64,000 bases of DNA from Balanoglossus misakiensis (taxonomy: Eukaryota; Animalia; Hemichordata). Positions 41,331 through 64,000 of the stretch are shown one piece after another (within the stretch, counting starts at the first letter, position 1; each line of letters begins with the position of its first letter). Both the position numbers and the translations under genes were made by a program. The notes below the pieces were generated by a model that was not told the origin of the DNA, did not search any database, and saw nothing but the letters and a program-made list of their open reading frames with translations. The stretch is taken from assembly GCA_040954595.2 (NCBI GenBank), contig CM082583.2, positions 7,376,849-7,440,848 of the forward strand. The letters are read 5' to 3'.

Positions 41331-44300
41331 TCACAATATTTCATATATGCTTCTTGCATTCTTCATCTTTGCATTTGTGGTCTTGAAGGTGTCCACAATC
41401 TGTCGGAATTTCGACTCCAGATAAACAGGTCTGGCAGTGTTGTTGCTGTCAAATGGTTCTGTCAAAAGGTGAGGAAATATGACAATGTTAAGTAACTGAA
41501 CTTCATCCAAGAAAATCAGATTTATATTATGTGGTAAATACATGAGCATGCCATTAAAACGGTCGCCAGGTGTTCACTCACCTTCAATGCAAATGTGTTT
41601 CCAGTGATGCAGATCAGCAGTGTTTATGGAACTCTTTGGGTATGCAATGCCTAGTCGGACTGAGATTACCTGCGATGAAAACCTAAGGACAGAACAAAGA
41701 TGGATTCATTCACTTCACTGTAATCTTATTCCTCATATTGTGGGCAACTTGTATTTCAACTTCGTGATTTCAGACATCTATGAAATAGATGATAAGCTGA
41801 ATTTATGAAACCTAAAGCTTTTAATTCAAAGTGATACATTCTGATTCAAACTACAAAGGAGGATAGATGCTGCGTGCTTGACGCAACTTACCTGAAGACC
41901 TCTGCAAAGTACCGGAAGAAACCCTTGAGAAGTTCGGCCAAACTTTGATTGTTTTCTGAATTGTACTGTAAATAGTCGGGCAGGATGAAATTGGTTGCAC
42001 TGTACACCAAGTTTCTGACATCCGAGTTTGTTCTGAAGATGGTCTGTAAAAGCAAATACCAGTCACATATTTGTCATGAATGAATGGAAGAATATTTGGA
42101 TGGTGAAATACTTATGTCACACATTTTCTTTCTTGCAGCAATTCTGATCATTTGTGTATGATGGCTTAACTAGCTGTCTGATCGCAGGTGAAGGCATGTT
42201 AAACACATCTCGCTTTATCTTAATGTGTGTGACCACAGAGGCCTGCAGGTGGTAGGTGAAACAATGTCAGTGGGAATTATCACTTACTGGATGTAACTGT
42301 TGCAATGATGGGATGACAGGGGGTTTAGCACCAACTGAAACAAAACAAAACAAACCAAAACATGAATGAACATAATTTCTTGTACCAGAAAGTCAACAAC
42401 AATGAAAAATACTGATGAATAAATTGTAAAGTTATAAGACAAGTTCCTTGCAATTGTGCTACACTATCACACAGAGCAATGCACATGCATGTGTGTGTAA
42501 TAAGACAACCTCTCTGAAACACTAATTTTACACTTTACCTTGTAAATAATGAATGACCATGAGAGCTAACGAGTAACTTGACAAAGTAGACTGACTGGCA
42601 TCGTTGATGTCATGTGCGCTGGCCCACTGTTTAACTATCATAACAAGTGGGACTACTCTCCAATCCACTGTAAAAGACACATACAAGAAAATGTCTCATT
42701 ATCACCAAGTCGATTTAGGAACAATGGTCAATTACATTGTCTGGACTTACTTAAATGAAAACAAGTTGGTTTCATTGATATGAGAACAAAATTATGTATG
42801 GTGTACTTACATTTTGAGTAGATCTGCAGCAGGTGTGTGTTTCTGATACCCTGGATGAGAAGCATGGAGATAAGTGAAACAGAGAGGGGTGTCGTTAATA
42901 CATGTATACAGAAGTAATAATCTATTCAAGGTGTAACTTCTGGCTTGCAAAAAGTAGTGTCACAATCAGAGAGCTGTAAGGACAGGTTCCACTATACCTT
43001 TATCAGATCACAATGAGTAAGAATTGTGTGTGTCTAAAAAAATGTAAAACAACCTTTCCTCAGTGACTCTAGCCTTTTAATTAAAGGAGTATTGGAAGAT
43101 GTAGATATACATGATGTCAATTCACTCTTTTTATATACACAAGAAGGGAAGAAATAAGGCGAGCTGAGTTACCGTAGAATTGTTGATGTTGATGTCACAG
43201 TCCAACCCACTGAAAGAGAAATGAAGATTTTTTTTTTTTCAGTTGTCTACAGAAAAGGGTACAAATTGTTTTTAAAACAATTTCAATTGATGTTTGGGAT
43301 TCTACTGCAAGTGTTCAGGAGGCTGTTTGGAAGAGTTGAATTTCTTACCTTCTCATATCTGTAAATCTAATAATAGGAACTCTGGCTCTGATGACACTCA
43401 TGTTTTTGAAGTAAGCTGTAGACACGAAACAAGTTCCTTATCATTGTATCAGTTATCAGTACAGTTGATTGGCTAATGTGGTCACATGGCTGACAAACAC
43501 AGATTCCATTGGTTGACAAGACTTTCTTTGATTTTCCCTGCGGCAAATCTTCCGATATTTTTGAAAAATGTTTGAAAATTCTAACGCATATCAGAGCACA
43601 ATGTTTCTGATGAGTGGAGTGGAACTGAGTACTTACGATGATTAATCCTAAAGCGTCCCTGAATTTTGTAAAGACAGTCCAACACTACACTTCTTGATGG
43701 CTGTTGGGATATAAACAAACAAATCTTGTCGCATGAAGGACATATCATTCAAACACATTAATTATAGAAACATAATAAAGGAACTACACGTTAAAAAAAG
43801 AAACCTTTACAAGACTGTGCATTATCTAAGAAAAGGCAAATTTTATGTCATGTTAGTTGGCTAGTTTTAGATAATTAACGTAAAATGTACTCACCGTTGA
43901 TCTATGGTGGCTGTCTGTCAACATCAGGCACATATCAAGATCACTAGATCTGTTGCCAAAACCATTCAAAGAGGAACCAGTGATGTGCAAACCAAAGAGT
44001 ACATCTGCAAGTTGTTGAATCAGATTTGATTGGCAAATTGGTGATGATTTGGATCAGGTTAGCAAATTCGTAGCGACCTGAATCAATCAGTCATTTAGCC
44101 TATTCACTTTTTAAAGTTAAAAAAACTTTGTAGAATTCCGAAAGATGATTAACACCTCAGCATAGAAGTGTCTTTTTGTGTCCATATTTTTGGCAAACCA
44201 GGAGCATTTACTCACTGTACATTTTTATTTACTTTTTTGATATCAACATATGTATACTTACTGCCTAAGGCCTGTACGATACTTCCAAAGATACGATTTC

Positions 44301-45545
44301 TCAGTTGGAATTTGACATCAAGGTTTTCTTGAGTCTGTCTTTTCTGCAGGTAGTAGTTCCAAATCTCTTGTGAAAGCTTTAATTAACGATGATAAAATGA
44401 AAAATGTCAGATTTCTGTGATATAGTAAAAAACATACCAGTTGTTCCGTAAGTGGAATGTCAAACAAGCCTACACATATGTCTATTTTCAAATTTGGTTT
44501 TGCCATTGACAGCACCACCATCTTGCCTTACCTTATCAACATTACTAGGGAGTGGTTGAGTTCCTTTCAGTAATTTCTCCACTGCTGCTGAGAAATTGGG
44601 ATGACTGCTGGAGTGGGGCAACAATCCATTAGCCACACCTCCTCCTCCTTTCTCTCTTACTTTTCTTTGTTGATTATCTGTGGCTTGGTTTCTCCTATTG
44701 GGATCATTCCTGACTGCTCCTCTCTTTGGTGAATGTGTTGCATACAAATTAGTCAGATTCTTTTTTGTCACGGCGAAATTCCTGCGCACCGGTGTCTTTT
44801 GTTTCTTTGCTCTATCTTCCTCCTCCTCGTCATATTCAGCATTTCTCCTGAGAGTTACGAAACAGCAGAATCATTACATTCTAGTTTGAAACTCCAACGT
44901 GCACTGCTGGATGATATAAAAGACTTTGTTTGCTTGCCTTGCTGGATTCTAATTTTGTTATAAAAGGCTCACATTAGCCATGGTTACTTGTAACCATGCA
45001 CTGGCTAAGCTATAAAAGACCTAACTGCAGTAACTGTAGCGTTTTCCGCCTTCTTTTGGCATTTTGACGATATCTAGGCCTTCTTTTGACATTTTGACGA
45101 TATCTCGGCGGAACCGCTACAGGTCTTTTTTTCGCAAACCAAGAACAACAAGAGCTACAATTATTGCAGCTATAAAAGACCATAAACATGCTTACTTTCT
45201 TTTCATTCTCATCTCCTTGCTTGACCAGCTGTAATCCTCTCTATCACTTGCACTGCTTGGTGTGGCACAGAAACTACCAGTGCTGTTGTTTATCTTCATG
45301 AGAAATTCATTGAGGCCATTTTTCTGTAAACTGTGACTGTACCCAGAATCAGGCATCTGTGGAGTTGTTACCATGGAAGGCCCGGCTGATGGCGCAGTCG
45401 TGTAACCTGGAAATCTTGGCAAGTTCTGCTCCTGTCCATGCAAGACAGAGTCCAACCTGGCTTTAAGGTTGTGTATATACAGTGGATTCAGATGCCCAAG
45501 AGATGGAACTTGCCAATGCCCGGAACCTTGGTAGTTCCCGCTCAT
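41331..45545 (-). CDS. TENT2: Poly(A) RNA polymerase GLD-2 / TENT2 (PAPD4)-like
   Basis: LSQEIWNYY, GSSLNGFGNRSSDLDMC (catalytic DxD), RARVPII, DCDININNSTGIRNTHLL, VKQWASAHDINDASQSTLSSYSLALMVIHYLQ and ICIEEPFDSNNTARPV across many small GT-AG exons. Confidence 0.88.
44958..45182 (-). mobile_element. Small Helentron/HINE-like non-autonomous element in a TENT2 intron
   Basis: Subterminal inverted repeats (aagacc..ctgtagcg / cgctacag..ggtctt), an internal ~30-bp tandem repeat (gccttcttttg(g/a)cattttgacgatatct x2), terminal hairpins and a direct repeat GCTATAAAAGACC at 45010 and 45169. Confidence 0.5.
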
Positions 45546-46075
45546 ATTCTGCAATTTAAAGGAAGGGGGGGGGGATACAGAAAGAGAAACTACCAGTCAG
45601 TCAATGACAACACACAGCTATTCTGTGATTTCACGTTTTATACCAGATTGTTTTACCTTCAAGTTAGTCTGAGCATACCATTCACGTAATGGAAAGGGCT
45701 TTACCATCTTACCGGTTCTTTTGCTGTCCAGCTATTTTGCTAATTCTGTCTAAATGTCTGTCTTTGTACACCTTGAGTTACATTCGGTGTTCCTTCTGCC
45801 ACAGCTGCGAACCATATACATACAGCGCCACCAAATCATCCTGTGTAGAACGTCATTATATGTGAGTTGTGAACTTTGACCTTGCCGCCATTGAAACATG
45901 AAGTAAACGTCACAAAATTCTGCGAACGTGGCTCGTGACATCGTGGAATACGAGTTTCATTCCTCGCCAACGGATACGCGGAAACTTTCGAGCCTGTACC
46001 GTTGTCGCCTTGTTTACCTGTTCGACATTGTATATAAGTGAATGTCAAGGAACGAAGCTGTAAATATTATATTGA

Positions 46076-58508
<12,433 letters not shown>

Positions 58509-61500
58509 AAGACCAACCACGCATGACACCAGTCTGAGTTTGGGGATAAAAAAGAAAAGAGAGAAGACAAACGTAGGAAAGACGGAAAGAGAGAGCATAA
58601 CAACAAACGTAATGACAACCTATGGGAATGTATAATTGTTACCACGGTGACAGTTGTCATGGCAACCAATGAAAGAGGAGAGCAGCAAGGAAACTGCATC
58701 ACATACCCTGAGGGGACAAGAGATGCATCTTGGGGCAAGACCTGCTGTCTCATGCCACAAACTATTCCAGATTGAACAATCTCACAAATTATGAATATGG
58801 AGAAAAAAAAGAAAATGACATGGAACTTAACCGATGATCTGAAAAAAATGGATCAGCTCAAAACATCCTTGAAACCGGCTGCTTCTTGAATAAACGATAA
58901 ATGTGAGAAACTCTGCAGCAATTGTATCATTATATGAGGTGATAGTAAACGAAAACGGAGAATGACAAATGGAGTGACTGCAATGTGCATAGAACGGGAA
59001 AAAAAGACTGTCGTTGCTGGAGAGTGAAGCTCAGGTTGATGCGACTATCGGCAGAGTGTGGCTAATAGGTGCCACGGTGGTGGTGGTGTTGTAAGGATTG
59101 GTGGATATCGTCGTCACTTCCGGCTTACAAGTACATGGTTGATCAGTGTGGCATGGAAGGGGACCACTTTTATAAGTACACTGTGCGGCTTGAACCACAA
59201 GCATGTAGAAACCATGCTGGCTTGTGAGGGTGCCCGTCTGACATCAAGCTCTCAGTGCGACCTACCAGAATTGCTGAGTTCATCAGTTGTGACTGGCTGT
59301 AAAAAGTGACAGAGTGCAAGAAAGCACACAGAGTGTATGGACAGTGTCTGCCGTGATGAACAGTTGAGACAAGTGCTAACGTCTGTCTGTAACCAGAAAG
59401 GCCAATTTTTTATTGCAAAGACGGATCCCAATTTGCTACAGCTACTGCAGAGTTTAACATTCTTTTTGAAAATGAAACTGTCTTGGTTTTAAATGTATAC
59501 TTTGACTGAAGAACAGAGAGTAGCGGAAAAAAAGCTTACAAGCAATTGTCATTAATTTCCCTGTTGTCAGATGTAATTGCTAACTATGTTCAACAAAAGC
59601 CAGCGTAAAAAAAAAATTGTGTGATGACCAATTTCACCATCGAAATAGGAAGCCTCTTTGCAAAGTTTTGTTGTAGGCTAACACAAATATGCCAGAGTGG
59701 TTACTAAGGGGTTGATCCAGTGTTCGCACGCAGGTAACTGTGTTTGACTTCAAGTTGTGTATTTTGCAGAAAGGAGCAGGGGTTACAAAAAGTGCTTCAA
59801 CTGTGAAGTTCAGTGTACTGTTGGGAGTGGGAACTTTGTCTTAATAGTTAAATCATGTAACATCTGTGGAAACTGTTTACAATGTAATTCATCATAACCT
59901 TTTGCTTTGTCTTGTAATGAGTGGGGTTTTACTTTAAGACGTGATTGAGTCTGTGTGCCCAATGTTCTGTGTGAATGCCAATGCAATCAGACTGTTCCCA
60001 ACCTTCAAGCTTGTCCGACTGTGAAACCGGTCACTTCTGTATGTCCACCAGGTGCCCTTAGTTGCCAATCGGTCAGTTTTAGTTGTAACGCTTTTAAGAA
60101 AGGATCACAGAGCTGAATAAAAACACCAAAGACAGCTTTGACAGTGTCTTTGGGTACGGTATGACTGAGTGACCAGGATCTGACTTGCAGATATACCAAG
60201 TCTTCTGCCATCAGGAAAATGTTAACCAGTCTATTACTATTACTAGGCAGTTTTCTCATTCGACATAACTACTTCAATGCCCAAGTTTCCAGTTTCTGTT
60301 CTTAGGAGGCACACCTGTTCCCCCCACAATAAGTGGTATGCTCCAACTGCAATGCAACTGAAGTGTAACTGTTACACAAGTGTTGGGTCAACCAAAACTC
60401 TGGCATATTGGAGGAAAGAAAAGAACGACAATGGATAGTACGAGTTGTAATTAATTCCTTTGGGTTTTTTCGTTCATCCTTATTTTAAAGTTGATCAAGT
60501 AACTGCAGTTTGCAGTGCTATTAGTTTCGAGTTTTTCACGTTTTAAGCACTCCTTATTTAGTATGATGTTTGTTAGGGTAGATATATGTTCTCGGGGGAG
60601 TTTTTATATGTGGTTTATTAATTGTATATTATGGGGCTGTGTGGGAAAGCTGGTTTTTGTACATCAACCGTTGTCATGGTGGAACTATCCCACCTTCCCA
60701 AACAAAAAAATTATCTTGAGGTGACCACCATGTTTTATGCTGTCCATTGCTGATTTTGAAGATTTGGTTCGAGTAGAGAGGGAGGGTAGGGCACATGAAA
60801 GGAACCCGTTATCTCCTGTAGCATGTAGTGTCCACTTCTCCATTCACATTGGGCTCTGACACTCTGAGAGAATGCGTACAAAAACCAGTTTCACCACACA
60901 CCTCAGGCAGTAGTGTTGCTTTACTCTGCATAACCTTTCACCAACATTTACTATTATTAATTCTGTTTTCTATCCTTTCTCCTCGTATATTATCCGCATC
61001 CTTTTTAGTTTGTTTGTCCTCATAGTCAATTTCACAGCCAAGTAGCCACGTATATTCTAAATGAATGTGATTGTGTCCTAATTAGATCAAAAACACCCTT
61101 TTACATGTCTGAATCAAACTTTGTAGGCTCTGTGTGGCTTGACTTGCATCCCTGTAAACAGAATTTTTGCCAAAGTTCAGAATAAGATGTCGCACGCACA
61201 TTACTGCAGGGTTTTATGATGTGAAAGAAGTCATTATACAAACACATACATTCGGGTGAGCATGTACATAAGTATATGCTGATTTCTAGTTGTCATTTTA
61301 CACACATGCTATTGTTTGTACCATAGTGTGATCAAATTCCATGTTTCCTTTATTCTGTTGCTGGACTAGCTTAGCAGGCAGCTTTTACCACCGTTCAGAT
61401 AGGGCAGATGAAATTCAGCCTTGATTTTAGTTCTTTGTTTTGTTTGTCTTGTAGGCATATTTCTTCATACACAAATATGGCAAATTCACACAGACTGCAC

Positions 61501-62327
61501 CTATTGTTTAAAAATGTTTTAGACTTGTGTACATTCACACCTTCAAACTTAAATTTATACCTATACAGAATTACATGCATGTACATGTATTCACAACAGA
61601 CCTTCCAAACATTTCCTTTTGTTCTCAAACACACTTCTTGCACTGTTCTAAACTTGACATTGGCTCTCAAATACACGTGTATTGCAAGTTGTGTATCCTT
61701 AGCAGTATGTTCAGATTGTTGGTGCAAATCCAAGACTTCTAGCAGCTTACTTGAATGGTGGATTACTAGTACATGTATATGGTTTGAAAGCAGCTGAATT
61801 TCGCTTAGTTTGACCCTTTGCACCATGACCCCATTCATGTTTTCTTCCCAGTAGACCATTTGTTTCCTTCCAATTATTTTTTTTCAGTTTCAAATAAAGC
61901 ACCCATAAAATTAATCAAATGTTTGTGATGAATTCGTTTTGTTTTCTCTCAATAGGAGTCCACTCCAGATGCACTTACTAGAATAGGTTTGTAAATTATA
62001 CTAAAACCTGTGTAGTTGGCCACGACAGCTTATATATAACCAGCAGTTACTGTCAACAATTGAATGTTAGTCCTCACTAAAATTCAAATGTGAACAATGA
62101 AAAAGCCTTTTAATTACTCATACACATATTGTCGATGTGTTGAATTTTCATCAAGTAAGATAAGAACCTGTGTTTGTTGCACACACCAAAATAGTGAAAT
62201 AATTGCCAAAAGCAAGGAAGATCCGAAAGAAATACACACCAAACACTATTCTCATGGTTCAACAGTCAAACCTTTATTTAGTAAATGCGTGTGATGTTGC
62301 CTTTTTTTGTCTCCATTTACACTGAGT

Positions 62328-63717
62328 TCATTGCTTTGACTTTGAAGTGGACTCTCTGGTAGAATCTCTTGTTGAAGCGGATCTCTTGCGCTTCAATACT
62401 GCCTCACGTTTCTCCTTGGCCCTCTGGGCTAACAATTTGGCGTAATCCGCTGCTTCTTCCTTGCCTTTGAGCGCCCGACGCTTCTTCAGTGCCAAACGAT
62501 GACGTTTACGTTGCAGAACAACTGGAGTTACCAGACGCTGAATCTTGGGGGCTTTCGTCTTCTGTGGTTTACCTGCAAAAGTGCAAAAGTAGGGTTTCAT
62601 TCTTGCAACTCTCCATTTCTGCTTGTAGCACTGTATATCAAACCCCATCATTCAGTGCATTCGATATCCACCACCTTCAAAAGTCTTCCCAGATGAAGGG
62701 TTACTCACCACTTCCTTTCTATCAAACACTGACAGGGATTCTCAGTGGAAACTTTCTCATGAATTTTACTTCAAATCTCCTCAATAATTTCAACTACCAG
62801 GTCTTAGTTGTTGGAAAGAGAGTCCTCTATATGACGTCATCTTGTATGAAATACTGGTATTTTCTTACCTTCTTTTTGTGGGAGTGGTCTCCTGACTACA
62901 TACTGACGTACATCATCATCTTTGGATAAGTTGAACAGTTTCCTGATTTTGCTGGCTCTCTTGGGTCCCAGGCGACGTGGGATAGTTGTATCTGTCAGGC
63001 CAGGGATTTCTCCATCACCTGTGAAGCCAAACAAATTGAAGATAAAACTAAATTTTCGAAATAAAGTTTTGTTTCTGTTGAAAATGTCTAATGTTGCATG
63101 TGTTTGACAGCATGTTTTATTTTGTGACACTAAATCCCATCGAATTCCAACATACCTTTTTTCACAATAACAAGATTCAGAACTGACAAGTTGGCATCCA
63201 CAATGCATCCACGAACAGACTTGCGGCGACGTTCACCCTTTCTACGAGGGCGGAAGCAGGAATGCCCCTTAGACAACAGGAGTCGTACTCTACCATTAGT
63301 CAGAATACCTTGCTTCATGGGAAACCCCTGTTTGTCGTTGCCACCACTGATCCTTACCACGTAACCCTGGCAACAAATAAAGGTGTTAAAAGTGTGTGTA
63401 CCTACAAATGAAAAAGATGTCTCCACACCAACAACCATCAATAATTTAAAACACTGAGTTTACATAGACTAATCAGTCCTACTCCAAATCATGGAAGTTT
63501 GCATGTTTTGATACGTTTCACTGAACAATCTCTCAAGCCGATTTGTTTTATGGTACAGTAGAAACAACACATTCTAAAACCACACCTTCCATTCATCTCC
63601 AAGGGGTTCAGCTGACACTTCTTGGCTCATACGTTTCTCATAGAACGGACGCAGTTTCTTCTCATCATCCACTTCGATCGTCTTCTGGCAACCAGTTGCC
63701 GGAAAGCTTAAATTAAG
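62328..63717 (-). CDS. RPS6: 40S ribosomal protein S6 (eS6), first MK exon outside the window
   Basis: [12 protein letters not shown]..., [42 protein letters not shown] and the C-terminal phosphoserine tail KRKRSAST. Confidence 0.99.
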
Positions 63718-64000
63718 CTGCAGGTACGAGAAAAATGATGGAATCAGTTGCGACCGAAGACGTTTCAATCATTATCGAGGTAAACAATGAACCAATACGT
63801 ATTATTCCTTATTTGCATCAAAGTCAAAGTTGTTCAATCAGTGGACATTCACGTTTTCGTGGACGGCGCCATATTGGTTTATATCAACACGGGTGCTCGT
63901 CTGAAATAATCGGAATCATCTGCGATCATGTCGGAAAATTTCAGAGAAAATTGGGTGACAGTGAACAGCGAGGGTATTTGAAATCACGGAACTGTTAATA

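Noticed and set aside
61395-61859. 154-aa and 129-aa ORFs
   Set aside because: AT-rich, no homology recognised, and located in the probable UPF1 3'UTR.
62573-63990. snoRNAs in RPS6 introns
   Set aside because: Only degenerate C boxes and no convincing guide sequences were found by eye.

Overview
Gene-dense, intron-rich eukaryotic DNA from an invertebrate animal; the species cannot be fixed from the sequence alone. Manual exon assembly gives 11 protein-coding genes: SCAPER (-, 3' end off-window), PTAR1 (-), PDCD7/U11-59K (+), DCAF12 (-), a TIR-only protein (-), PRCC (+), a signal-peptide + coiled-coil + alpha-crystallin-domain (small HSP) protein (-), HAX1 (+), TENT2/GLD-2 (-), UPF1 (+) and RPS6 (-, first exon off-window). 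Four of these form head-to-head pairs with a neighbour. Non-coding content includes two SNORD17-like long C/D snoRNAs in UPF1 introns (one inside a U12-type minor intron), a Kolobok-like element, piggyBac-like and Tc1/mariner-like MITEs, a 627-bp foldback and a Helentron-like element. The strongest novelty candidate is the small HSP gene: it has a predicted signal peptide and a promoter with an exact ERSE (CCAAT-N9-CCACG), a UPRE (TGACGTGG) and a TATA box, plus a uORF. This suggests an ER/secretory-pathway small heat-shock protein under unfolded-protein-response control, which is not the standard picture for animal sHSPs. All homology calls come from recalled protein/RNA motifs, not database searches.
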